Assembly (NCBI RefSeq): GCF_023055435.1
Contig: NW_025964035.1
Span: forward strand, 868,001 to 932,000
DNA: 64,000 nt
Direction: 5' to 3'
DNA from: Haliotis rufescens
Lineage: Eukaryota
Numbering within the stretch: the first letter of the stretch is position 1; every line of letters begins with the position of its first letter. The position numbers and the translations under genes were made by a program. Below, in pieces: positions 1-10,932 of this stretch. The notes beneath the pieces are model-generated. The model was not told the DNA's origin, did not search any database, and saw only the letters and a list, made by a program, of their open reading frames with translations.

Positions 1-177
1 CCTGTGTGCAAGGATAGAAACGTGTGTACAAGGATAGACACATGTGTACAAGGATAGACACGTTTGTACAAGGATAGACACGTGTGTACAAGGATAGACA
101 CGTGTGTACAAGGATAGACACATGTGTGTAAAGCATAGACACCTGTGTACAAGGACAGACACCTGTGTACAAGGATA
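1..177. repeat. 20-bp minisatellite (gtgtgtacaaggatagacac)n
   Basis: ~9 near-identical units, truncated by the window edge. Confidence 0.95.
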
Positions 178-429
178 TGTAGATAACATATGGCTTGCCA
201 TAACCCGCGTATATCATGGAACGACCTGATACCGCCATGAGGTCAGGGGATCATATGTAATCTTGCTATTTGTAAGGTTTGTATTTCACATATTTTAATC
301 CTAGGAGTGAAACGACAGTATGTATCACTGATTGATTGAGGCAGACAGAACGCTTCAAAAGTCCCTGGCAATATGACAATATACAACATTTTCTTAAGTT
401 TTGTTAAAGCTTCTAACTTTTCACGATTA

Positions 430-600
430 GTGAGTGAGTGAGTGAGTATTGTTTTACACCGCTTTTAGCAATATTCCAGCAATATCACAGCGGGGGACAC
501 CAGAAATGGGCTTCACACATTGTACCCATGTCGGGAATCAAACCAGGGTTTTCGGCGTGACGAGCGAACGCTTTAACCCACTAGGCTACCCGACTGCCCC
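430..600 (-). mobile_element. SINE family 1 (tRNA-derived, ~170 bp, (ACTC)n tail)
   Basis: A/B-box-like head ggggcggtcgggtagcctagtggttaaagcg...gggttcgattcc; flanking duplication ttt.acgattagtg. Further copies at 960-1125, 28370-28520, 35790-35935, 39977-40073, 41790-41915, 44269-44405, 47340-47480, 53124-53287 and 61837-62006. Confidence 0.88.
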
Positions 601-959
601 TTTTAACGATTAGTGTAAGGGAATTAAATAGAAAACGATGACACATGCACAGTCATGTCGTATTTGATTGTACAATGACACCCACTTGAAGTGCTGGGGC
701 TCTGGTGGGCCAGTTGCCTTTGCCGACACAACCTACTTTGCAGAGTTGAATCCCTTATATGTGCCCGGATCATATGAGTTCGGATTCGAATTCCCGATAA
801 TTATCCTTGGTTTGTCAGCACCATAGCTGTGCTAGTAGGTTTCACCGAAATGATAAATGCCTAAGACCTGCACTACAGTGGGCGTTCAACTTGTGAATCC
901 ACTGTGCATTGCTAGTAATTTTATCTAGAAAGTCTGTATAAACTAAAATCATGTATTGA

Positions 960-1125
960 AGTGAGTGAGTGTGGTTTTACACCGCTTTTAGCAATATTCC
1001 AGCAATATCACGGCGGGGACACCAGAAATGGGCTTCACACATTGTATACATGTCGGGAAACGAACCCAGGTCTTCGACGTGACGAGTGAAAGCTTTAACC
1101 ATTAGCTAGGCTACCCGACCGCCCC
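960..1125 (-). mobile_element. SINE family 1
   Basis: Near-identical to 430-600; TSD-like atcatg.attgaa. Confidence 0.88.
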
Positions 1126-1434
1126 ATCATGAATTGAAAATGTCGTAGCTGTGTATATATACACCTCGTCAAAAGTATCGCGCCATCAATATGTTTTGAG
1201 AATCAGAAAAGAAATGGGTAAGTAGAAGCTGGAAAGCGAAACAAAAGCAATACTTCATGGTATTTTTCTGAATTATAGGGGAAAATGAGCATTAGCAAGA
1301 AAAACACAACTTTATTCCCCAGCGACTACAAGGACTGTAAATGGGGATATATAGAGGCAGGATAAGTATGGTAACTGTCAGGAATGAGAAATACAGATCA
1401 ACTTGTCTCAGTAACGTTGTACCTGTGTCACAGT

Positions 1435-2230
1435 TAGTTCTAACCCTACGTCCCAGCTGATCCCATAGCTGCTCGATTGGATTCAGGTCTGGTCTTGGTA
1501 AAGACCAAGGCAGAGTCTCTTTGGCGTTGCTTTGGCGATAGTCACAGCTCGGTGAGGGCGGGTATTGTCGCCCATGAAGACAGGACGTGTGGCAAGTGCA
1601 CGGTTATCCAAGTGAGGCACAACAAGAAACGTCAAAGCTGGTATATTAGTTCCTTGGTCCGTTTAATGTCCCCTGAATTGTGACCAAATCAAGTTTACAA
1701 TCAAAGTAGTAACATCCCCATACCACCAGTGAGCCGCCACCACACGCCACTGTTTCCTGGATGTTGAACTGATGATGAGATGTTCCTCTGTGCCTCCAGA
1801 CACGAGTCCTACCATCAGTGTGGTGCAATAAAAACGACTCTCGTCAGACCAACAAATCCTCCTCCATGACCTCAGGTTCTAGTGTGTGCTCGAGCCTGAT
1901 ACCAGGCTTAACGGTCCCATATGTGTTGGGGTGAGGAGTGGACGTCTTATTGGTCTTCTGGCCTTCATCCTGATGCATTCAGTCCACGCCTTGTAGTGCT
2001 AAGGGGCTCTCTGTTGTAGGTATGGCGGTGATGACGAAGAACAGTGCAAGTCCTGATCTCGGAAAGTCGGATCTCACATGTTCAGTCAATGTGTCTTTTC
2101 TAATGAGTCGACTGATTACAGCATGATTAATGATCAACACCGTGACAATGACCCGATATGACATGCTCCTTTGGTGCATGTCAATGGTTTGCCATCTTTG
2201 ATTTTCTGGGATAGTTCGCTTAGGCATTTC
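1435..2230 (-). mobile_element. Degenerate Tc1/mariner (Tc1-type) transposase remnant
   Basis: HTH-like N-terminus MPKRTIPENQRWQ..., then WSDESRF, VFMGDNTRPHRA and PWSLPRPDLNPIEQLWDQLGRRV catalytic motifs, broken by frameshifts. Confidence 0.85.
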
Positions 2231-2564
2231 AGTAACAGTTACAGTCGTTCCAAAGACAGACTTTCAAATTGGTAGAACTTCCATTCAACTAATAGCAGTA
2301 AAAGCGCATCACCTTTCTTTCATCAAACATGAAACTCTTTATAGAGACCCCCTCGGTATGCATACGGCTCGCAGGTAAGATGGCTACCATTCTACAGGCA
2401 GATTATGTGTCAACACACAGTTCACATATGAAAATCTCTACATTCAAAATGAACTCGCAATTACATTTCCAATTTGTGATACTTTTGACGAGGTGTATAG
2501 AATCACAAAGGTAATGATATTTCTTGTCAGCAAATGCCTTTCTGAAAGATATAACTATACTTAC

Positions 2565-5500
2565 ATCTCCATTGCGCTGACGCAATCCGGGCCGCTAGAG
2601 GGCGCTGGAAGTAAGGCATCTCGTTGTACTCCGCTGAAACAAGATGCGCATCACATGTACACAAGGCTTGATGATGCAGATTCAGCCCGCTACACTACTG
2701 TCCAAAACAAACTTCCCCACGACCGGTAAACTGTCGCAACGTGATTGTACACTTCCGAACAAATCAAACGTCCCGCTGGCGACAGTATCGCAAACTATTC
2801 GAAACATGGCGATAGAAATTAATATTGTTGCTGTATTTATTTGAAAAGGAAATGTATTGTCTTTGTCTTTAACGTCAGACATGTCTGTCATTATCTGACT
2901 ACAGTATCGACCATGCGTATATATACAAAGTGGCCCACCTATATCTATGTGGGGTACACCTACTTTATTACCCACGTGGTAATACGAAAACAGGCAACAC
3001 AATAATGCTATATGAAGGCGGTCTGGAAATAATCGGTCTGAACTAGACAATCCACTGATTGATAACATGAACTTCGATCTACACAAATTGGATATGATGA
3101 CATCCATTTACCAAGCCAGTGGGATTGACCACCCGATCCCGTTATTCGCCTCTTACAACAAGCATAGTCGTCTATTACGACAAGCATGGGTTGCGGAAGA
3201 CCTATTCTAACCCGGATCTTCATGGGTTTCTTGTCTTATGTGAGTGAGTGAGTGAGTGAGTGAGTTGTGTTTACGCCGCTTTTAACAGTATTACAGTTAT
3301 ATCGCGGCGTGTCAGCTTAATGTGGGAGGAAAGCCCGAAGTGATGCAGGTCTCAGACGTTTACCACTTCGGTGAAACCCACGAGCACGGGTATGGTGCTG
3401 ACAAACCTAGAAACATAATCGGGACGAACCGGGTTTCGAACCCACAATCATTGGTTTCTGGCGTGCCCAAGGGACGCAACTCTGCACAGCGAATCGCGGC
3501 GCCTTAGACGACTCGGCCACCCGTGCCCCCTCTTGTCTTATGAGAAGGATGGACTTCAGATATGTAATTAGTTCCCACTGACTCAAAGATGCAGACATTG
3601 TTTAAGTAGAAGCGGCAACACATACCTAGTTGGTCTAAGGACATCAGTGCTGTAACACAAACAGAGAATTTCTATTGATATTAACATGGCACAGAATCTT
3701 TATCAAACTAAGCAATTGTATACAGAGAAGGGAAATTATGTTATCAGAACAGCATGTTCATGAAAACGTTTTGAACAAATATGAATGTTTGTGGTAGAGC
3801 GTCCGCCCGGAGAGCGGAAGGTCCGGGGTTCGATCCCCAGCTGCGTCATACCAAAAGACGTTAAAAGATGGTACTTGTTGTTACCCTGTCTGGCGCATGA
3901 CATTAAGGGGCTAAAACAAGGACTGGTCGGCTCGGAGTCAGTATACTGTGTCTGAGTTGGGTATTCATGTTAAACTGCGGCATGGTATCTCAGTGAGCTA
4001 GCACTATAAATCGGCATCAGTCCGGACTAGTACAAGCAGCCACACACACACATACGTGCATGCACGTCGCTATATAAGTGCAATAATCTTGGACGCGACG
4101 TTAAACCCAATTTCACCTCACCTCACCTCAAAATTAGAAATAGGGGGCTCTTATTAGAATGGTATTTTGGTGGAAAAAAACAGAGTTGAAAGATAAATTT
4201 CGTGGTTTATGCTGACAGCCTGAAATGTTTATATACGACAGATATATTTTTCCAGAATTTAATTGCCGATAATTAAGGGTGCATATAACACACGAGTGCA
4301 TATTATACACGAATAAATAAGTCTTGTGTACATTGATCAATCGAAAGGGGTGCTAATTGGGATTGTAAATATAATAAGCCAATATATCGCCGTGGGCGCT
4401 TATTAGAGCGGGGCGTTTATTACGTCGAATACGGTATCTTGTATATCCTGAACTATTTGGATGATGTTACGTTAAGCACCGAGTATCCCCGAGTACTGGC
4501 AGGAAGTATGAATCGAACAGAGGCCACATGAAAACGAGCAACTCATACCAGTTATCTTATGTTTTAGGTGTTTTGATTTTTGCATTCAGTTAATACAAGC
4601 AACAAAACCCGTTCAATGTTCGTATGAAATAACTGCCCAACCAGGGTTCATTTGACGATTCCGACTTAAGCCTAAACATGTGCTGATCAATCACGATCAT
4701 CTAGTGACGAAAACAGGCGTTCGTGAAAAACTGAGCACTGGTCACAAACACATGAAAAGTTCAAGAAAAGGAATTGCATCATTATTGTCATCGATTGGAA
4801 ATGTCCTCCACAATCATGTCTACAACAAAGCGTTTTGAAAGCTATACTAAGGCCTTGAATGTTGCAACCCTGATTAAACAACTTTTGAGAAAGAGTCATT
4901 TGACGCTTTTATAAATCTTCGAAGAACGATCATTCTCGATTGTATCTCAAACATTGTCAAATGTAGACAGCACAGCTGACTGAATATAGGTCCAGTATTC
5001 GAGGACATGCGCTCTATCAAGTCAAAAGACCATACTGTATACGTACGGAATCCCCCTGGCATACCCATACCCCCCGTTCCTCGAGGTGCAGCACTCCTTC
5101 CGACCCCGCTACCCCCTACTCCTCCTTGGCCCATTCCTCCGCCCATTCCTCCTCCTAGCTCCATGCCAAATCCTCCTGTTTAAACACAAACGTTTCAAGA
5201 GTTAAAACCATTATAATGTATAGTGCCGAATGCTGATTCATAATAATGTCTTTGTTTTTTTTCGTTTGTTGTTTGACGCCGCACTCCGCAATATTACAGC
5301 TATATGACAGCGGTCTGTAAATAATCGAGGATGGACCAGACAATCCAGTGATTGACATCATTAGCATCGACCCACGCAATTGGGATACAATGACATGTAT
5401 CAACCAAGTCAGCGAGCTTGACCACCCAATCCCGTTAGTCGCCTTTAACGACAAGCATAGTCGCCTTTTAACGGCAAGCATGGGTTGCTGAAGACTTACT

Positions 5501-8500
5501 CTACCCCGGATCTTCACGGGTCTTGTTGTTCAACGCCGCACTAGTCCAAGTGTATGACGGCGGTATTTGACGATTTGGTCACTCAGCGAGCCTGACCACC
5601 CAATCCCCTTTGTCGCCTCTTACGACAAGCACAGTCGCCTTTTAAGGCAGATTCCTGCTTATGACTTAAATTGTCATAACGTACCAGTGTCTCACCTGCA
5701 CGGCCATATGTTAAAGTAACGTTACAATATATCTGTTCTTCACGACCAGAAGTTGAAATAACGTTGTAATGTATCTATTCTATACGACAATACATGTGCT
5801 CTAAACAGCCAGAAGAAGCAACGTCGATGGAATAGATGTAATCTAACAATTATACAATGATGACGAGGTTACATTGTCGCGGACTTCAGGTGACGGAAAT
5901 TGACATTGCAGACACAGATGAATCTACATTAGCTCGGCACCCATGAACATCAGGTCTTGTCTTCAGCAACCCATGCTTGTCGTAAAAGTCGGCTGACGGG
6001 ATCGGGTTGTCAGACTCAGTGACTCGGTTGAAGCATGTCATCATATCCCAGTGGCATAGATCGATGTTCATGATGTCAGGCACTGGCTTGTCTGGTCCAG
6101 ACTCGATTATTTACAGACCGTCGTCATGTAGCTGGAATATTGCTGAGTGCGGCGTTTAAAAACGAACAGACCGAAACAGATTCAAAGAACAAAACAACAG
6201 AAGCAGGGTGGAGCCTCAGCGTCTTCAGAAGCTATGCTGCACCGGAGAAACGAGTGACCAAATCGTCAAATACCGCTGTCATACACTTGGAATAGTGCGG
6301 CGTTAAACAACAAGACCCGTGAAGATCCGGGGTAGAATAGGTCTTCAGCAACCCATGCTTGCCGTAAAAGGCGACTATGCTTGTCGTAAAAGGCGACTAT
6401 GATTGTCGTAAAAGGCGACTAACCGGATCGGGTGGTCAGGCTCGCTGACTTGGTTGATGCATGTCATCGATCCCTATTGCGTGGATCGATGCTCATGATG
6501 TCAATCTATGGATTGTCTTGTCCAGACTCGATTATTTACATACCGTCGTCATATAGCTGGAATATTGCTGAGTGCGGCGTTAAACATCAAACCAACCAAC
6601 CAACGTTAAACAACAAACAAGCAGACAGACAGTAGCTCGATGGCTGTATAACTTACCTCCACCCATGAATCCTGGCCCGACCATAGACTCCACTGGAACA
6701 CAAACAATGAAGGGCTAATGGAACCCCGGTAATATACCCCGCCAACATGTGGCGTTGTTTGGTGGTTGTCATTTAACAATGCAGCATATCTTACGTGCTC
6801 AGCATGAAATGGCTAAAGGTACAAGGTTAATTCCATTGGCCATTGACGACATCTTTGAAACCTTCTATGTTTGGTATCTATATCCTATAGGCCTATCAAC
6901 AATATTTTTTTGTATTCATAAATTCAGTAACACAACTACTCATTCATTTTGTTCTTAATGTAACGAGATACATAAATGTAAACTAACAAACTGCGAATAG
7001 TGTACACATTGTATTGAACTGTGAATTTTGAACACAGAGTATTGAGATGTGAATATTGTTAACATTGCATTGAACTGTGAATATTGAACACAGTGTATTG
7101 AGATGTGAATATTGTTAACATTGTATTCAACTGTGAATATTGCAAACAGAGTATTGAGATGTGAATATTGTTGACGTTGCATTGAACTGTAAATATTGCA
7201 AACAATGTATTTAGATGTTAATATTGTTAACATTGCATTGAACTGTAAATATTGCACACAGTGTATTGAGAGGTGAATATTGTTAATATTGTATTGAACT
7301 GTGAATATTGAACACAGTGTATTGAGATGTGAATATTGTACACATTGCATTGAATTGTGAATATTGAACACAGTGTATTGAGATGTGAATATTGTGAACA
7401 TTGCATTGTACTGCGAATATTGCAAACAGTGTATTGAGATGTGAATATTATGAACATTGCATTGAACTGTGAATATTGCAAACAGTGTATTGAGAGGTGA
7501 ATATTGTTAACATTGCATTGAACTGTGAATATTGCACACAGTGTATTGAGATGTGAAAATTGTACACATTGCATTGAGCTGTGAATATTGAACACAGTGT
7601 ATTGAGATGTGAATATTGTTAACATTGCATTGAACTGTGAATATTGCACACAGTGTATTGAGATGTGAATATTGTTAACATTGCATTGAACTGTGAATAA
7701 TGCACACAGTGTATTGAGATGTGAATATTGTTAACATTGTATTGAACTGTGAAATTGCACACAGTGTATTGAGGGGTGAATATTGTTAACAGTGTATTGA
7801 GATGTGAATATTGCCCACAGTGTATTGAGATGTGAATATTGTTAATATTGTTTTGAACTGTGAATATTGCACACAGTGTATTGAGATGTTAATATTGTTA
7901 ACATTGTATTGAACTGTGAATATTGCACACAGTGTATTGAGATGTGAATATTGTTAATATTGTTTTGAACTGTGAATATTGCACACAGTGTATTGAGATG
8001 TTAATATTGTTAACATTGTATTGAACTGTGATTATTGCCCACAGTGTATTGAGATGTGAATATTGTTAATATTGTTTTGAACTGTGATTATTGCACACAG
8101 TGTATTGAGATGTGAATATAGTTCACATTGCATTGAACTGTGAATATTGCACACAGTGTATTGAGATGTTAATATTGTTAACATTGCATTGAACTGTGAT
8201 TATTGCACACAGTGTATTGAGATGTGAATATAGTTCACATTGCATTGAACTGTGAATATTTAACACAGTGTATTGAGATGTGAATATTGTTCACATTGTA
8301 TTGAACTGTGAATATTTAACACAGTGTATTGAGATGTGAATATTGTTAACACTGTATTGAACTGTGAAATTGCACACAGTGTATTGAGGGGTGAATATTG
8401 TTAACAGTGTATTGAGATGTGAATATTGCCCACAGTGTATTGAGATGTGAATATTGTTAATATTGTTTTGAACTGTGAATATTGCACACAGTGTATTGAG

Positions 8501-10161
8501 ATGTTAATATTGTTAACATTGCATTGAACTGTGATTATTGCACACAGTGTATTGAGATGTGAATATTGTTCACATTGCATTGAACTGTGAATATTTAACA
8601 CAGTGTATTGAGATGTGAATATTGTTCACATTGCATTGAACTGTGAATATTTAACACAGTGTATTGAGATGTGAATATTGTTCACATTGTATTGAACTGT
8701 GAATATTGCACACAGTGTATTGAGATGTGAATATTGTTAACATTGTATAGAGATGTGAATATTGTTCACATTGTATTGAACTGTACATATTGCACACAGT
8801 GTATTGAGATGTGAATATTGTTAACATTGTATTGAACTGTGAATACTGCACATATTGCATTGAGATGTGAATATTGTTGACGTGGTATTGAACTGTGAAT
8901 AGTGTTCTCATTGCATTGAACTGTGAATATTGTCCACTTTGTATTGAACTGTGAATATTGTACATATTGTTTTGAAATGTGAATATTCTACATATTGTAT
9001 TGAACTGTGAATATTGTTCTCATTGCATTGAACTGTGAATATTGTACACTTTATATTGAATTGTGAATATTGTACACTTTGTATTGAAATGTGAATTTTG
9101 TACACATTGTATTGAGATGTGAATATTGTACACATTGTATTGTGATGTTAACATTATATACTTTGTATTGAACTGTGAATATTGTACATATTGTATTGAG
9201 ATGTGAATATTGTACATATTGTATTGTGATGTGAATATTGCACATAGTGTATTGAGATGTGAATATTATATACTTTGTATTGAACTGTGAATATTGTATA
9301 TATTGTATTGAGATGTGAATATTGTACACTTTGTATTGAATTGTGAATATTGTAAACTTTGTATTGAAACGAGAATATTGTACATATTGTATTGAACTGG
9401 GAACTTTGTACACTAGTATTATATCACATAGGCTTAGCTGAGATCCACAACATGTTCGTGAATGTGCCATATCCAATACTTACTTAAAGGACTGCCTAGC
9501 AGTTCCCTTGACATCATTGTTTAGTTAGATGTAAATAGTGTTATGACATACACTTTAAATCGTGGGGAAAATGCATAAACTTGCCCAACATGTAAAACAT
9601 CATCCGTCCAAGATATGAAAAAAATATGATTCTTAAATTAATTTTAATACTAGTATACATCTTACCATTACGTTATGTATAATATTTTGGTTGCATGTAT
9701 AATACATACTTCATGCATAATGGTCAATTAAACAATCTTTGTTCATGCCTCGCGTTTTAACGTTGTAGTCACGTTGACTCAACAAGGAATTACAATACTT
9801 ATAACGCATAGTTACCTCCGCCCCATTGTCCGGTGACACCTGGAAATTGAATCAACGTTATTGGTAACAAACTCAGGTACATTTTATAATGCACCAACAT
9901 TGTACAAATGACTTTCATAAACATGACAGTTACACAAACATACTTTACTTAATGCCTTTGCGGAATGCCTCATACATTTGAGCTGGAACATAAGCTCCCA
10001 GCCTGTTCACAACAATTGCTGGAGATATTTGATGTCAGGTAAAATCACAAATGCACACCTACTGATTATTGAAAAATATAAATAAGCGTAAACCTACCTT
10101 TCAATGTCAACAAAACGACTAATGGCTGCACAAGGATCCTCACTGATACCATATTGACCAT
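2565..10161 (-). CDS. Gene A: secreted Gly/Met-rich low-complexity protein (3' end unresolved). Coding exons 10098-10161, 6657-6692, 5047-5175, 3626-3649, 2565-2633
   Basis: All introns are GT-AG and phase 1. Spliced peptide: MVNMVSVRILVQPLVVLLTLKVES-MVGPGFMGGGGFGMELGGGMGGGMGQGGVGGSGVGRSAAPRGTGGMGMPGGFPLMSLDQLAEYNEMPYFQRPLAARIASAQWR... The hydrophobic N-terminus ending V-E-S looks like a signal peptide. Internal exon lengths 36/129/24/69 are all multiples of 3. Confidence 0.75.
3240..3530 (-). mobile_element. SINE family 2 (tRNA-like head, ~280 bp, V-domain-like ...gggtttc...tttcctcccac core)
   Basis: TSD tcttgtcttatg. Copies at 22391-22623, 30270-30557, 35333-35613, 36731-37012, 43488-43712, 46931-47213, 54908-55184 and 63660-63942. 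The V-domain label is from recall. Confidence 0.88.
3790..4130 (+). mobile_element. SINE family 3 (tRNA-derived, ~340 bp, Meta-domain-like core, (CCTCA)n tail)
   Basis: gtggtagagcgtccgcc...ggttcgatcccc head, then cataccaaaagacgttaaaagatggtac...gcattaagg core. Copies at 21023-21366, 33486-33793, 39300-39592, 41378-41665 and 58648-58980. The Meta label is from recall. Confidence 0.85.
4780..5010 (-). mobile_element. Penelope-like retroelement RT C-terminal remnant (related fragments at ~28840-28910 on - and ~42950-43035 on +)
   Basis: Translates VYI*QCLRYNRE*SFFEDL*KRQMTLSQKLFNQGCNIQGLSIAFK. This resembles the PLE thumb-region motif VYISQLIRY..C....F..R...L..KL..QGY (family assignment from recall). 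Confidence 0.5.
5047..5175 (-). CDS. Gene A exon 3 (Gly/Met-rich)
   Basis: Acceptor tttgtgtttaaacag, donor gtacgt; overlaps ORF 4874..5164; encodes GGFGMELGGGMGGGMGQGG...GMPGGF. Confidence 0.8.
6315..6620 (+). mobile_element. SINE family 4 (~270-300 bp, no tRNA head; gcttgtcgtaagaggcgactaa hairpin; (AAAC/CAAC)n tail)
   Basis: Copies at 3030-3228, 5260-5522, 5940-6160, 20596-20740, 27380-27648, 30750-31017, 33218-33455, 35015-35288, 44515-44695 and 48760-49008. Confidence 0.88.
6975..9415. repeat. AT-rich satellite, 28-bp subunit / 56-bp dimer, in gene A intron 1
   Basis: Repeats of tattgcacacagtgtattgagatgtgaa + tattgttaacattgcattgaactgtgaa over ~2.4 kb. Confidence 0.95.
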
Positions 10162-10719
10162 TTCCACGTCGGCGCGAGAAGGACCTCCTGTGTCATCTCC
10201 CTCGTTAATCGGTCGTGACACGTGACATTTTAATTGTCACGTCAAACAAAGGGTGTTTTCCTTCTTGCATAGCATCCGCGCACGTCACAGGAATAGAGAC
10301 ACCAACAGCAAAGAATTTTTATGATATTGCTCCATATCAGCACTTACGATATGTCACTGCTGTGAATCATAGTTCATGGTGTACCGTTAGACCCCGCTAA
10401 TCCGGACTGTTCCGTCCTTAGCGAACTCGCCCGGATTGACAAATTTACGGATTAACTTTTTAAAGAAACTAAATACTTTTATTTCCTTTTATATTGATGA
10501 TTGTTCTCCACTGTATTCGTTCGGTAGGCATTGTTTCCGGATTAAACGGGTCCAGATTAACAGGGTTCACCTGGACAGTTAACATATGTCTGACAAAGCA
10601 TCCATTTTTCACTTACACCCAGCTGGAATAATCAATTTTTACAAAAAAAAATACCACCAGTCCATACATGTTGACCCTTTTCAAAACAGAAAATATTTAC
10701 TTGTTTTAATAGAAATCAA

Positions 10720-10726
10720 TTTTATT
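10720..10726 (-). promoter_or_regulatory. Polyadenylation signal (AATAAA) of gene B
   Basis: tttatt on the + strand ~210 nt after the stop codon. Confidence 0.55.
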
Positions 10727-10932
10727 TCAAATCATACATAACGTATTTCATTTCAGCACACTAATAATGAACCCGTAGGCTTATCCTTATGACAGATTAT
10801 AATTTAGCAGTCCTTTATAACATAGAAGCCATATCATGCCATCCACGTCGTTTCTGTACAATGCGACTTTCACAACCAAAATAGTAGTTTTAACTCAAAG
10901 GAAATGCAGTTTTGCAATCAAATCTGCAAAAT

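Noticed and set aside
180-2564. Further gene A exons (acceptors near 301 giving a split TGA stop, or near 743)
   Set aside because: Several weak alternatives with no way to choose; the 3' end is left unresolved.
6955-9476. ORFs with QYSQFN repeats
   Set aside because: Translations of the 28/56-bp intronic satellite.
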